A stretch of DNA of 64,000 nucleotides from Ramazzottius varieornatus (Eukaryota; Animalia; Tardigrada), in contig BDGG01000005.1 in NCBI GenBank assembly GCA_001949185.1, forward strand, positions 1,911,249 through 1,975,248. Reading direction: 5' to 3'. Shown in pieces: positions 25,307 through 40,395 of the stretch; positions within the stretch are counted from its first letter, which is position 1, and each line of letters opens with the position of its first letter. The notes under the pieces were generated by a model. The model was not told the DNA's origin. It did no database searches and saw only the letters and a program-made list of their open reading frames with translations. The translations under genes were made by a program, and so were the position numbers.

Positions 25307-25949
25307 TGTCCAGAATCAGACTCTACACCGAATCTACGACAGCAACAAAACAGTGCGTCTTCCTCCAAGAGGTAGGGAGAACGGGCCGGTCACGACATTC
25401 GATGTCTTTGTTTCCTCCACCTATGACACTACGAAAAGCACACAGGAAGACCATAAGGCTTTGGTTCTAGGAAGCACCAAATAGGAATTTCAGCGAGAGA
25501 AGAAAGCGAATGAAAGAAAGTCGATAACAAAACGCTTTTATATATGGCTGGCTATCCGACACCAAACAAGGGCAAAAAGCCACCCATGGGCTTCGCTGGT
25601 TGGGTTAACGACTTATCACTCAATCAACGCGGACCATTTTGATCGCGGACCTTTTTTCGGCTTTTTGATCGGTCGACGGTCGTCTAGTCAACTATACATA
25701 AATGAAGGCAAACCCGACCTGTGTGGTTTTTTTCAAAGTCGAGGTGGACCCCCTGGGCCCTCCTCGCTGATCAGCTGTTGTGGCAGTGTTGCGCAACCGG
25801 AAGTGAAACATCGGAGTTTGGGCTCTGTTACTTTGACAGCGGCAGAGTTAGCGAATTTAGCCGCATCTTCCTGGGAGCTTAGAGCTGAAGAGATATCTTG
25901 TTTACAGTCCTGCTTCCTATTCGGAGGAGCCGGAGTGAAGGATCTAAAC

Positions 25950-28098
25950 ATGGGAAAGTTCGCGAGGAAGAAGTAAGTAGAGCTGTTTCTTGTTCGTCTC
26001 CAGCTGACTATACTTATAGCGGTGTACTAGTAGCGGTGCACTAGTAGTAGTTCGTGGTGTTTTATTTCAGTCAAAAGGAGCTTCGCCAAGAGGCGAAGAA
26101 AAAGAGTAAGAAGCTTCGTACCAGCTGTGGCCACACTGGACAGTCCGTACTTGACGCGGACGCAAACGTCGATGATAATGACGCGTCCGATTACCTTCAC
26201 GACGATGCCGATCGTTATAACCAAAAGAAACAGAAGGTACGCGTTTGCTTTGCGGAAAATATGGACATATGGACGGCGTGCGTCTTCTGCAGGATATGCT
26301 TAGCTGGGGACACCAGAGAGACGATGACGATGACGACGACGATAACCAGGTAAAAAATTTTCACCATCGCACTTGGTGGATTTCGACCGCTATAAATAGC
26401 ACTAAAACGTCCGTGACTGTTCGCAGGAAGAAGTTTTAGCTATCGACAACGAAACTACTGACGAAGATGACGAGGACGAAGATAATGGGGATGAAGAAGG
26501 TAAGACAAAGTGTTTTGATCGTAGTTAGTGCTCTTGTTTGCTCGTCTATGTGATTGACATAACTGCCACATAAGTGGTTAAAGTTTGTCTTTGCAGATGG
26601 TCTTCCCAGTCGGTCTGCTTGGGGAAACAAGCGTTCGAACTTCTACCACAGCGATTTCGTGGACAAAGATCACGGCAGATTCATCGGAAGTGATGCCGAA
26701 GAGGCCGAAGAAGAAGAACGCGAAGCGAAAGAACTTCAAGCTAAACTAGCTAATGAGCTGCAAGATGAGGATTTCGGCTTGGCTGAGATCGCCCAACAGA
26801 CAGTAAGTTCTCCCGTTTACACTTGTAATCAATTGTCTAACAGGTCCTTGCGTGTTCGACAGAGCTCTAGAGAGAAGCTCGCGAATTCCGAAGATGTGCA
26901 GATGCTCGATGAACCTTTGTCACTCGTGTCAGATATTTCGAAGCTGTCTGAGTTCGAGAAGCTCGAACGTCTGAAAGCGGAGTCTCCTGAACTGCTCGAT
27001 ATAATATCCGATTGCTCCAAGAAGGTCTGTGCTCGTTTTCGGGGTTAAGCGGTATTTGTTTCGTGTACCCATGATTAGCCTACAGTACTGTATACTGAGG
27101 GTTGACTGTATCAGTGGCTGCTTATCTAGTTTCAGGAGCTGATTGACATAATCCAGCCTCTGCTAAGCGCCGCATCGAAGTCTCCGGCAACACTCAGTCC
27201 TAGAGCTGCGTCTTACCTGAAGACAAAGAATCAGCTCATACTTGGTTATTGTCAGAATGTCAACTTCTACCTTGCGCTCAAAGCGCAGAGACTCCCCGTA
27301 GACAATCATCCAGTGACTAGGCGTCTTGTGGACTTTCGCCGAGTAAGCCTCATCGTTTATAGCGTGTGTTCTGCTTCATGGTGCTGATAATTTTGTTCTG
27401 TAGCTTCTTCTGAAGCTGGATCCTCTGGATAAGCTTTACCGAGACGATATCCTGAAGGCACTTGGTGCTTTAAAAAGCGGCATCAGTCTCTCCGAGTTTC
27501 TTCGGAAAGATGGAAGTCGGACAAAGACGAAAGGAAAGGTGTCTTTTGCTGATGGCGCAGCAGACGGTTCAGCAAAGGTAGGACTGATAACATAAAATTT
27601 TCCAAGCTAGAGTCGCGCGTAGTTTTGATCTGTTTAATGGATGAACCGGGAAGTTACTGTTTTGTTTTGTCTTACAGGCAAAGAAGGATAGCTCTATGGC
27701 TGGTAAAGCAAAAGAAGCAGCTGACGAGGCTTCCAAGAAGCGTAAGAAGGGTGATGACGGTAGCGATGAAACTGATGAGGAAGAAGAGGACGGTCAGGTC
27801 GACGCTGAAGGAAAGCGCAAAGTGACGTACCAGATTTCCAAGAACAAGGGCGTGGTACCCTACAGGAAGAAAGAGTACCGAAACCCGCGTGTCAAGCACC
27901 GAATGAAGTACAGAAAAGCCCAGATTCGACGAAAGGGCCAGGTATGAATCTTTAGCGATTCCCGATCATAAAAAGGTCGCTTTATATCTTCACATAAGTT
28001 TGTCTTAGGTGCAAACGGTCAGACCGGAAATCAAGAAGTATGGAGGAGAAGCCCATGGTATCCGTGCCGGTGCAGTCAGGAGCGTCAAGTTTAAATAG
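25950..28098 (+). CDS. UTP3: Something about silencing 10 / UTP3 SSU processome component
   Basis: Acidic N-terminus, AWGNKRSNFY, ESPELL, YLALKAQRLPVDNHPV, C-terminal KRKVTYQISKNKG..RKKEYRNPRVKHRMKY..YGGEAHGIRAG (Sas10 domain). Confidence 0.92.
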
Positions 28099-28729
28099 CT
28101 ATAGGTCTCGTTGACGTTACTGCTGTTTCGCTTCTGTTAAGATTCAGTATGATTAGCAAGAGCTCGTCGTCGGGAAGTTTTGGAGTTAAATCGAAATGTG
28201 TTTCTGTTTTGGTTGGGTCGACCAGGTTTCTCAGGGTTAGTTTTTTTATATTCCAGTAATCCGATTTATTCCATCACAACTGCATAGAGTTAGCTCATGA
28301 AGTTCGAAACGCGAGTGGCTAAGTTTGTTACGGGATGATGTTGAAAATTGTAAGGATAGGTTCTCGACGAGGACAAGCAAAGACATATAGACACTTCCGG
28401 GTAGATGGTGCACGACTCGGTCGTGACTTGTGACAGTACGCGTGTACGGGAAACGATAACAATCGATCAGCTGTTGGTTGCTTTTCACTTGCGTCCTTAT
28501 TCCTCTCTGAAGTTTCAACTTGCACGGTCTGTTTATTTCGCGATTAAATTTTACGATTAAATTTTCTTGAAAGATAAGGATGGGCTCAGTTGCTTCTGAT
28601 TGTCGTTTGCTTTTCCAGGGCATCCGTTGCATTCATGGTATTTTGAATCCATCCTATCTACGGATCATTCCAAGCTGGCCTATAGTTTTAAGCCGACGTC
28701 GAATTCGTACGATAGTCGTTCTCCCAAAA

Positions 28730-31022
28730 ATGGCTCAAATCATCGAATGCGTTCCCAACTTTTCCGAAGGGAGAAATCAACAGGTGGGACAGTTCCGTGC
28801 ATCGACCGGTGCCCACCATTACATGTAATGTCGTGTATTTTGCAGGTGATCGATGCCATTTCCAAGAGTATCAAAAGTGTCACAGGAGTGTCGCTGCTCG
28901 ATGTTGATCCGGGCAAGTCAACAAACCGAACTGTTTACACGTTCGTGGGCACGGCCGAAGGTGTGGTGGAAGCTGCCATGGCCGCCTCCAGAACCGCTTA
29001 TGAGCTGATCGATATGACGAAGCAATCAGGAGAACACCCGCGTCTGGGAGCACTCGATGTTTGTCCGTTCATCCCTGTTAGCAACGCCACGCTGGAAGAC
29101 TGTGTTGCCTGCGCGAAGATGTTCTCGGAACGCCTTGCCAAAGAGCTCGACGTCCCAGGTACCGAAAGCATTTCCCGCTGAGTACTTTATCACTTTTGAA
29201 TAAATATATTGCATATCGCTGAACATTATACTTGAAATACATTATGCTCCACTGTATAGTTTACCTATATGGATTCGCGTCGGAAAGGGACTACCGGAAG
29301 CAAGTTCCTCAAATCCGCGCTGGGGAGTACGAAGGACTCAGTTCAAAGGTGAAGCTTGAATTACAATGTGGTTTCGTAGTGTTCGGGCATTGGGTCTTTA
29401 ACGATGAGTGCTGCTACAGGTGTTTGAATGCTTGTAGATAACAAAAGAGGAATGGAAACCCGACTACGGTCCCGCAGACTTCCGGCCCAAGTGGGGAGCC
29501 ACCATAGCCGGTGCCAGAAAGTTCCTGATAGCCTACAACATCAACCTCCTGTCTACCAAAGAACAAGCTCACCGTATTGCGTTGAACATCCGAGAACAAG
29601 GCCGCAGTGCGAAGGAACCGGGTAGGCTAAAAGGTGTGCAGGGAATCGGCTGGTGGTACGACGAGGGTAAGATTGCCCAGGTCTCTACCAACTTGACGGA
29701 TCTCGATGTTACATCGCTCCACCAAGTATGGACGGAAGTGAATAAGGATGCGACCGAACTGCAAATTCCGGTTATGGGCTCCGAGATTGTCGGGTTAGTT
29801 CCGCTGAAACCGATGATCGATGTGGCAGAGTACTTCATCGAGAAAGAGAACCTCTTTGTCCTTGAAGAAGAACAGAAAGTTCAACTGGTAAAGTATCTTT
29901 TCTCCGTGACGTTATACTAGCATAGATATATGACCACCTGTTAAATCGTTTTAGGCTGTCAACAGGCTCGGCCTCACCACACTCTCTCCTTTCCACTACA
30001 AAACTCGCATCATCGAGTACGCCGTAGACAACTCTGGCTCAAGTCCTTTGCTCAATAAGACGGTTCGAGAATTCATCAGCGAGGTCGCTGTTCGGAAACC
30101 CGCACCGGGTGGAGGATCTGTCGCTGCTCTGATCGGAAGTCTGGTAAGAACGGAAGTAGTTGTTGAATATTCGTGCATGGTAACTTTGTACAATATAGTA
30201 TACACTATACAGTAGTGCAAAAGATTAAGCGAGGAAAATGTACATGCGCCCGTTTGCATGTACCTACATACAGACACTCCATGTTGATGCTGGTTCGCTG
30301 TATGTAGGTTCTTGAAAGTGCCCCTCTTGTGTGCTGGCGAGTTTGTAGTTTGTATGCATGTCTTGTTTGTTCTTATTTCTTCTGATTTCGCTCACCTTAT
30401 TATTTTTGTATTTATAGGGCGCGGGTCTTTGTCGCATGGTTGGTCTTCTCTCATCCGGCAATAAAAAGTTCGAACATCTCGAAAAAGACATGCGTCGACT
30501 GGTGCCCGTCTTCCACGCAGCGATGATCCGCTTGTCTGCCCTCATCGACGCCGACACGCGTGCTTTCAACTCGATAATAGTACGTGTATCACTCGCTTTA
30601 TCAGATAATTATATGTTTTGCTGAGCGAAGCGCACTCTCTACAGGAGGCTAACCGATTACCTTCAGGCACACCCGAGCTGGCTGCCGTGAAGACTGAAAG
30701 TGTGCAGAAAGCCACCCTGAATGCCATCGAGGTTCCGATGGAGACCGCGAAAGTGGTAAATTCTATTTGGGATGCTCTGGTCGAGCTGGCGGCCGTGGCG
30801 AACATCACGGCCATTTCGGATCTACAGGTCGGAGCGAAGTCCCTGGAGACTGCCGTCTACGGCGCGGTCTGTAACGTAAAGATCAATCTACCAGGACTCG
30901 ACGATGTTTCTCAGCGGGACACTCTCAGGGAGGAAGCTGAGAAGGGGCTTGAGACATGTCGACAAGGGTTTGTGAAATCTGTCGAGGTTATTGAAAGCCG
31001 AATCAAGAGCAATTCAAAGTGA
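28730..31022 (+). CDS. FTCD: Formimidoyltransferase-cyclodeaminase
   Basis: [90 protein letters not shown]. Confidence 0.96.
30261..30310. repeat. Palindrome family B copy, FTCD intron
   Basis: TACCTACATACA-N26-TGTATGTAGGTT. Confidence 0.8.
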
Positions 31023-32047
31023 AAGCTAATTTCACCAGGTGCTTTATTCTTCGAACTGACCAGTTTCCTGATTTTCTGCTCAAAAATCATTTTTGTTTAC
31101 TCAAGATAGATTCCATAGCTTGTATCACTCTAGTACTTCAGTCGAATTGCTAACTTAAATCGCATGTAACAAAATAGGATTTGTCCTGTGGGTCTTTTCT
31201 ACCATGAACATGCACAGGACTTTGTACCGTTTGGCTTGTATCGTACGCCAACTAATATTCGCCAAAATTACATGTATGTCAGCAAACACCCGATAACAAT
31301 AACCACAGCCCTATCGTCTGTGGACTATGTAAACTGGTTTTCCTGTCGGTAACCTACAGACTGCTACCGACAGCTGAACACACATTCCAGCGACCATACA
31401 TAGTTCATGATTTGTGGTCCCATCGCTGACTTGAACCAGTCTCATATTCAATCAAAATTTCGATGTCATGTCTCACTCTCAGACGCATGTCCAACCAGTA
31501 ACGAACCTGACTTTAGCCACTTCACTGAGAACCTCCCCAAATTAATCGCTGAGTGAGCAAATGGCTACCGATTTCTTCCGCGACGGAACTACCTATGTAC
31601 TTGCTTCGAGTCAGTCAGAATCCTACAGTATGAGACAAACATCCGGTGGGCTGAGTCAGAAGAACAAGGCCGCTCTAGATCAACCTTACGAGAAATACCG
31701 ACGATGTGTAACGGTACAATAAAAAATTTTGATCATCGTATCGACTCACGAGTCAGTCAGTCAAACAAACCTATTATGCTACAACAGAAGAGTATAACAG
31801 CAAATCAGCCATAAAAAACGGATCAGAGGGTTCTGGAACAAGAAGAATCGGCGTCACCATGCATTGGATGAATAAATGGTAACGTCAAAGTCTAGTGGAA
31901 GGCTTCACAACAGAATCAGAAATATAAGTGCAAAATCGGAGCGCCCTTTGGAAGGCGGTGGAAATTCTTGTTTGTTTCATCTCGAACAAAACTGCTGGTA
32001 TCATAAATAATAACTAATAAAGTAGGGGAAGAATTAATAAAACAATA

Positions 32048-35000
32048 TTACAAGTTCTCAAACTGATCCACGCGGCGCTTCGTGTTGCCCTTGCGGATAT
32101 CCCGCAGTGTCTTGTACTTGTCGCGTCCTTGCTTGACGTTCTCACCGTGAAGGACGTCCTCGTTTGTGAGCTTCTCGGATAGTCTTTGACGTTCAAGTTC
32201 CTCTTGTTCACGCTAAAAAGACACAGCAGTTGATCACTTTACTACAACGAACCTGTCTAAAATCAGAGAATTTCGCCTTCTTAATGCGAAAACGCTATCA
32301 TATTAACAAAGCTGTGGTCGGCTCAACTTGACGGGCTTTCTCGTAGAAAAAAGGCAGCGTCAATTTAGCAGGGGAAATCGGGATTGCTTTTCCAACTGGC
32401 GCACGTTTTCATGGATACTAGCCGGAAGCATGCACCACTTGGAAGACCGATCTCGTCAAGTTTGTTCGCCGAGCCCCGAGTTAATTCTGCCGGACTGATG
32501 AGGGTCAATTTTCACCTGTAGTCTTTCCTTCATTTGCGCATTTCGGTCGAACATGTGAGTACGATCCAGTTCAGGTTGTGCTACGTTCTCACGAACTTCA
32601 AACTCGGCAGCTGCAAAGAAAAATAAAAAATCATGTTTCGGAAATTTGTTTGCTACGAAAGTTCTTCGATCGGAACTTACAGGCTCCGTTGCCGATGGAC
32701 ATGCCATCGTCCGAATCGGCATCGCCATGGCCATTCTTGTAGCTGTTATACTCAGGAACATGGTTACTCGCCGATGTGGCCATTTCCAACTGCTTCAAGG
32801 CCGCGTCTTCCTGACGACGTCGGGCTTCCTGCACTTCCTCCTGCAGCTGCCTCGTCTCTTCCTCCTTCTGGAGGAGTTCTTCGTGCGACCTCATGATGGC
32901 TAGTTCCTTCTCGCGAATGCGTTCCTCCTTCAAGCATAAGAAAGATGCATGTTAGCTAGATGTTTATTAGTGGTTCGTTGCTGATTGTCAACACCGATAC
33001 TTTGGCGCAATCAATATGCAGCCAGCAATTCAACGACCTTCCACCTGACTAAGCAAACAGTAAGCGAACTTTATTTACCAATCTATTCCGCTCGTCCAAC
33101 TCCATCGTTTTGGCCTCTTCCAACTCACGCAACAGTCGGATACGATCTTGCTCCATTTCTTCCAGCCGCTTCTTGGCCAGCTGCACTTCCTTCAACTGGT
33201 CTTCCTGACGCTGAATGATCTCTTGAGCTTCCATAAGCTCTACAAAAGAAAAACGTAATTATTTATCACGCATCGATTTCGTTCCAACAATTTGACCAAA
33301 TTCTCAAAGTGTAAAACCAATGCGCTTATAATTTCGCAGATGTAACTCGCCGGCCAACTCAAAAACAACCTAGCCGGAAATAACCGTTCTGCTTCCAAAG
33401 GCTGTCAGAGGAACTCGGAAAATTTTCCTCTTCTTCATTTCTTGTTTAAAAGCTCGGGCAAGCGAACTAGACAGTGCCGTTTAAACATGTGGCGCACTCA
33501 ACCAGCCAATACTGTAATAATGTGCGCCACTTGTCGAGTTTGTCTGCCGAATCCCCGTTTCACATTTGTACTCTGGATCTTGTTTTCCAAATTAGTTTCT
33601 TAGCTTACGTCGTTGACGGTTGTTGAGTTCATCTTGCATAGCGCGAACTCGTTCTTCATAATCCCGCGTTCTCTTCTCGGCAGTCTCCCTGGCTTGGACC
33701 TCACGTTGCAATCGCTCCCTGCAAAAAGAAGCGAAGAAAAATTTACTGGCTGTTCAAATTCCGCTCGATTTCATTTCAGAAGAAGCCCAAGTAACTTATC
33801 GTCGTTGCAAGTTATAATCAGGCACGATCGAACCTTTCTTGTTGACGAGCCAGCTTCTCCTCCCTGGCCTGCGCCTTCATCTGCTGCACCTCAATGGTAT
33901 CGGGTTTACGGCGGCGCATGTACAGCTCGTGATTTCCCATGCATAGCGCCAAGATTCGCTTGTTAATCCGCAGGCGTGAGGCAAAGAAGACAAAGTCTGG
34001 AGCCTTCTTATCGATGGGCTTGATGACAAACTTCTTGTCGTTAAAGGAAATGTTGCGAATCTCACTCCAGGGAAAGCCAATCTTGGGCGTCAGCTTGTCC
34101 TCCTTCTCGTAAATATTCAGCCCCAAAGCGTCGACGCCCAACCACAGATCGGTCCCTCGCTTGTTCTTGATGTCAAAGTAATTGACCCCGTACCTGCAAA
34201 CCAGAAAAGCCACTCTGATGAGTATCAATCAAGTCCGCTATACATCACACAGTAGTGGAAAAAGGCGGAACTAAGCATGCGCAGCGAGACGCGCACCTGC
34301 ACACCGGCTTCAGAACGCTCCGCGCACGAAAAGCGGCCTGGCACCACACCATGGCAGCGAAGCGCGTTGAATCATCTTTGTCATATTCCGTCTGTATGAC
34401 GTCACAACACAACCCTACAGTGTGCGTTAGCATCCAGCACGCTTTGACGTCACAATCAAGGTTCTGGTTACTCGCACCATATTCAGTCAAACTGCGCCAT
34501 GCGCCCCACGTGGCATATGCGACCGTTGGACAACGCAAATAAGCTCGTTCAACTTACATTTCAAGGTCTTGAGCGATTTTCAGATATTCCATCATGGCTT
34601 CCTCGCGCATCATACCCTTGTGTTCGGTCCACCAGTTCATAATACGTTCTTCCCATGCGTCGCGTGTCATCTTGTGCTGGTCCGTGACACGTTGTGGAAG
34701 GAGACGGTCGTTCAGGAGGAAGCCAGGTTGGTTGCTTTCTTTGCTGTGATCGCCGTACTTGGCTTGACAGGCGTAGGAAGCCAACAGGACTGAACTTTCG
34801 GGAGGACAGTAGATTTCGTCGTTGAGTATGGCATTCTTGACTTGCAGGTAGAACAGCCTCAGGGTTATGTCTTGGATAATCTCCTCGCTGACGTCTTCGG
34901 GGAAGAACTTGGCGCGAAACTTGAACTGGAGAGGCACTTCCTTCTTGATGTCTTGACTGAGAACTTTCTTGTTCAGCTTCAGCCAGGTGGTAAATCCGTC

Positions 35001-36052
35001 GCGATCCACATACTGAAGGCCGAAGAACCATATTTCTCGAAGACCGATGGTCTTTACTACCTAAAAGACAAAGCAAACAGTCGGTCATCAGAGTATTTTG
35101 AAGAGTAAATCAAAAGTCTTCCAGTGTGTTTCGTTTCCCATTCTCTTTTCCCCGAGCATCTAACTCAGCCAGAATTTAGTCATATACATCTTTACGACGC
35201 TCTGGTGGACTAAGAGAATCCGCTAACCGGTTCTGTTGGCCTCAAACCTGTAACGTCAGAAGGTGACTTTTCAGAAGTCAGACTAATCTCATTGATGTAT
35301 CGGTGCCGTTTCTGTTTACTATTCGCGCCGATCTTGCCACTTTACTATCTCCGAGACTATTTGGCTGCAAAAGCCGCTCCCTCATCGAGTCATCGTCTAT
35401 ATTTTAACTTCGATGAAAACACAGAACTAAAGTGGAGATCGGAAGACCTACAAACGAGATCGCGAAAAGAATTACTAATTCTGCATTTTGAGAGTGGTGG
35501 CGATCAGACAATCAAGGGCGAATGGAGACATTTGTCTGAACTTGATTGATTTTGTTGATTGCTGTGACAGCAATGAGGAAACACACACAAATTTCGGCCT
35601 CTTTCACCTGGCTGCCTCGTCTACATGGCCAGCTCGACATTTTGTGCAAACACCACTCGATATCAGCCATCAAACGAGGCTGTTTAATCACAATAAAACC
35701 TTATCTCCTCGCTTTGCTCTCCATGTCGTAACCAACGCACGGCAATGAAGACCTCGAGAAACGCCTTCAGATTTCACTTCAGAAGCCACTTCTTGCTGCC
35801 TTGTCCAGCCACACTGACCACCTACAGCTTAACAGCGACACAAAAACACGATCAAAAACCATCAGTAGTTGACGTCCGTCCGAGTGACAACACGGAAGTG
35901 TTGCCGACGTTAATAAGACTACGAAAGTATTTTCAAGATGAAGAAATACATACCTGGTCAAATAACTGCTTGCCCGTCGTGCTGGGCTGTATGGCAAATT
36001 CCAGCTCGGCGTCCATCGTTGTGACCCTCACGTTGACGGATTTCGGAGCCAT
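32048..36052 (-). CDS. Moe: Moesin / ERM protein
   Basis: [20 protein letters not shown] domain [37 protein letters not shown], coiled coil, C-terminal [26 protein letters not shown] actin-binding tail. Confidence 0.96.
32393..32479. repeat. Palindrome family A copy (core 32393-32441), moesin intron
   Basis: CAACTGGCGCAC-N25-ATGCACCACTTG..GTTTGTTCGCCGAGCCCC. Confidence 0.75.
33452..33556. repeat. Palindrome family A copy (core 33486-33533), moesin intron
   Basis: CATGTGGCGCAC-N24-GTGCGCCACTTG. Confidence 0.75.
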
Positions 36053-36977
36053 GACGGAGGGATGTTATTTAATTCTGGTCCTGTAAAACAGATCAGCAAC
36101 AACAATAACAAATAAATAGGGCTTATTAACCTTGACCAGTGTCTTTTGGCGATGAATGGCCAACACTCATGAAACTGCCGAATGTAACGAGTTCATCCGA
36201 AGGATCGGTAGCACATTACAGCTTCTACCCAACTATACCGTAAGATGAGAAGTTACTACAGAAGAACCTATCGACTTTGGACAGGTAACAGGTGGAGAAG
36301 AGAAGAGACGAGCAGCCGTAGTATCGGAACGCGGCACTGAAACTGAGAAAAGTGTCACAGGTGCGAAGGGCTTCCATCCTCGAAGAGGAGCGCTCCGTGT
36401 TCAAAGCCCTCGACCCGATTCTAACTAGCAGAGAGTAACGCGCATGACGTAATTCGCTTACTGAAGCAAGCAATGTGTTTCGTCCACAAAGTGGTACAAG
36501 CGCGAAACGTGTTACGCCGAGTACAAACTCCTGCATAAGACACACCCTGTGAACACCGGGGGTGTTAAACTTTGGCCGTTTCATTCGATGGGGCGGTGGG
36601 CACGAGCTGGGGTTGCGGAGAGTTGGATGAATCATATGGGCTTCCGTTCGATGAGCTTGACTTTGTTCATGACAGAGCAGACAGGTAGCCACCGCCCCAT
36701 CCAAAATTAGTCACCGTTGAGCATTGGTTTGATTGCTGATCAACCCGAAGGAGGCGTAGCACAAACGAACGGCTCCTTATATCACGTGAATCCACCGCGA
36801 AGTATCACCATTCACGTGGTCTTTACATTCTGCACCTTGAAGTCTGGAACGTGGACTTGCCACTGCGGAGTGCGGAGAAATCTTGCTGGAAAAATGTTTG
36901 TTTGTTCCATCTTGACCTTTTTCCTCAAAGAAACAGTCTATCCTTTCACATAGCACCTGTTAGTTCAAGAAAGTGCC

Positions 36978-37871
36978 ATGGCGGATCTCCAATGGATAAG
37001 GAATCTCTCTAACGAGGAGTTATATACGGAGCTAAAGAAGCAAGGAGTGAACATTCCTGTTACAGGTGGGAAGCGTTGCCCGCATTTCCTATGCTTATTC
37101 TGCATTCTCGACCTCATCACAAGCTAAACGTGGTCTTTTATCTCTAGGAAGCACCCGCAAAACGCTCGAAAAGCGACTGGCGAAGCTGCTGGGTCTTTCC
37201 GTCGAAGGAGCTTCCGAAAGTGGTGGAGGGAGCGACACCTACGACGATGCTGAAGTCTCCTTGAATCAAAGCGAAAGCTGGTAGGCGAGCATTTTCTACG
37301 ACTGTTTTCAGTGCTTCTGAGCAGGACGAACAGATCTTGCGGTGTAGACAGCAAAGACAGCGTCATGCCACTGATAACGATTTCAAGCAAGCGGAGTGCG
37401 TCGTGTGATCCGGGACAGCATATTGATGTGTCTTCTGTTCATAAATTCTTTGATTTACGCTGGCTTATGTTTTCCAGGGACAAGTCTGGCTCTGGCGTGC
37501 GACAGCGTGGACGCGCTGGCCATGACACCTTTGGAAATTCCTTCTACATGGAACAAGTGGACGCCAGTCCCGTTGGACAGCTGCGCGATCTTCGTCGACA
37601 GCAGATCGACGAGCTGGAGAAGGACATTCAGAAGCAAGAGACGCTCAACAAGGATTTGGCTGGCACCGATGTTGGCTCGAAAGGCTCACGAACCGCGCTG
37701 ATGGTCCTGTCCATCCTGGTTGTCATTGGAATCTTCCTTGTCATTACCTACTTGACCCAAGCCGAGTACGCCGACGAGCTCCGTCAAGCTCCACCCGTCA
37801 AAGTCGCCCCAGCTGACAACGTCGTCGGAGGACCACAAGCAGGCCGCGCTGTGCCAGCTGGTCAGTTGTAA
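36978..37871 (+). CDS. LEM-domain inner nuclear membrane protein (emerin/otefin-like)
   Basis: N-terminal LEM motif IRNLSNEELYTELKKQGVNIPVTGSTRKTLEKRLAKL and a single C-terminal hydrophobic helix ALMVLSILVVIGIFLVITYL. Confidence 0.8.
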
Positions 37872-38209
37872 AGAACTACTGCTAGCTAGTTGTTTTGCTG
37901 TAGTTACATATTAGAAGTCTCAACTTCATTCTGAGACAATATGATTTCTGGTATTTCTTCAACCTTACTTCCCTGTACCGAGACTTTTACCGTTCATTCA
38001 TGTTTCTTATTTTCAAATACGCGCACTGGGTTCGAACATACTGCAGTAGTAGGTCCCGCTTTCTGAGGGCGCCGATTCCAAGCTAATATTATCGAAATTA
38101 ATTATAGCCATTATACCGGCTGAATCTAACCGTAGCTGTTTTAGAGACTGTCCGACCAAGCATTATGCACACGAAGAGTTTTCGAAAGGGAAAAGGAATG
38201 TAGCCGAAG

Positions 38210-39796
38210 TTACTGAGAGAAGTCTGAAGGTCTTGGTAGATCAAAGTCAAGCTTGTATGGGATAGCTTGGCGAGGCTTGCCAAGGGCCCCAGCGATGATG
38301 GCGCAGGCGGCTTCCATGGTCTTGGCTCGCTGGTATCCATTGCCTAACGTGGGATTGACTTCTACCAGATCCATCGCGCTTAACTGACCTGGAAACCGGG
38401 AAACCGTTTCGATGTGGAATTTTTGTCTTGTGTAAGCATTATTGCTTTGCGCAGACCGTATCCTACCCGTCGACCGCACATACTCCACAATCTGCAGTCC
38501 TTCTCGCAGTGTTAATCCGCCCATCGCCGGAGTACCCGTGCTGAAGGCAACGCTGGGATCCAGGGCATCGATATCGAAGCTCAAATGCAGTGGAAGATCG
38601 TTGCTGAAACGGTCACGTCCTCATTAGATTTGTCTCGCACTTCCGAAGTTGAAAAACTGACAAAAAACAGGAAAAGATGATCGCACTTGGGATTGATGTG
38701 CTGCAGAGCTAACTCGACGCATTTCTGTACGCCGAGTTTGTCCACATCTTGCATCGGGAAGTATTTTATTTTCAGTTTATCCATAACGAACCTAAAATTT
38801 CATACGTGAAGGCGGGCGGAAGTGAAGAACCTAGCTCAACGAAATTTGTTGAAACCTTACAGCTCATCCGGGTCCAGCGCGCGGAGACCGATGTAAGCTA
38901 TCCGGTCGGCCGTTAGACTGCAGTACAAGGACGCGCGTTAATCAAGCTACAGTACGGTATTATTCAGAGTAATTATACTTGAATATTTCTTACCATGGTT
39001 GTTGCCATTCAAAGCCGGGTATGTCACGCGGTATGTAAGGGCTCATTTCTTTCAGTAGAAAGGAAACTGGACATCCATGAAGGTTCCCAGTCGCTGTGGT
39101 CAATGGTGTGTTAATATCGGCGTGCGCATCTATCCACAGCACAGCGAGTGGCGCTGTTGCTGCGGGATCCTTGATACCGTGGATTTCCAACTGGGACAGT
39201 CCGTGACCAGATATGCTCCCGATAGCTGAGGCATGGTCCCCGCCCAGCATAATCGGTACTCCATTCTCCCGAATGATCGTCTGAACTTTATCTGCAATCT
39301 GCATAACAATCATGAAAAATGAATTTCTTCGTTGAAGAAACGTCGCTCATGGGATCGAGTTACGAACCGAAAGTGAGTTCGAATACCTGTTTGCAACCTC
39401 CGGCGACCGTCCGTGAGTACTTTACCTTCTTCCAGGGATCGTCGGAAGCGATGGCTTGGATCTCCACGTCTCCATAATCCCGGAATGAAATTCCACAATC
39501 TTTCAGTAGGGTGAGAAGTCCAGCTTCGCGTATGGCATTGGGTCCATCGCGAACACCTTCCTTTCCCTGTGGAATAAAACACGGGGATAGTTTTTGCTGA
39601 AGGATACCACTGTCATTGAAAGGTTCCGTCAGAAGAAACTCATAAGTACCTGTCCACGGTTCATCAAGGCTCCGAAGACACCAGCAATCTTGGTGTTGGG
39701 GCTAAGTACTCCGTTATTCGATGCGGAAGATCCATGGAGCGAACGGCGAAATACTCTGACGACCGAAGAAACGTTCGACCGCATTGGCATGGCCAT
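38210..39796 (-). CDS. Arginase with probable mitochondrial presequence
   Basis: [63 protein letters not shown]; Arg/Ser-rich N-terminus. Confidence 0.93.
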
Positions 39797-40395
39797 GGAA
39801 CGATTTTCCGATAAAAGGAATGGCAAAAAGAAATAATATACGGTAGTGATGTGCGTCCTGTTTGATATACCCTACTTTCCATTAGTTTAGGACAGCTGAC
39901 CCAACTGAATCAGATATCGCTGTCGCGCGAAAGATGAACCTTCGCTCTGTGCGGTCACTCCGACGTTAACTTGAGGGAACAAACGATCGCCTTGATAACG
40001 ATTTTATCCGCTTTATTCAACGGCATGCGAAATTTCAACGCAGTAGGTCTTTTCGAATGTTCAGCCCAGGTACAAACTGAAGAGTAAACCTCGTATAAAT
40101 AAAGGGGATTATGCTTTCTGAACAAAAGGGGTATTCCAAACCGCCACTATATGTCAAGCCTGTTCGTTACAGGGATACAAAAACCCCGCCCAACCATCTG
40201 ACAGCATACCAGTTCTCACTGCTTCCCTAGCTTGCCCTCATCTCGCAGAGTTTCCCAAAATAAAAACTCGATGCACTTGGAAACAAACTTTTTGAAGTTT
40301 AAATGACGCCGATGGATGTAAAAAACGGTAGAACTAAAAGCATTTCTTGGAAGCACTCCTGCAAACCCAGGCTGCTTCTTTTGACTTAATTACCT

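Noticed and set aside
36225-36953. ORFs between moesin and the LEM gene
   Set aside because: No recognisable motifs; likely divergent promoter, UTR or intron sequence.
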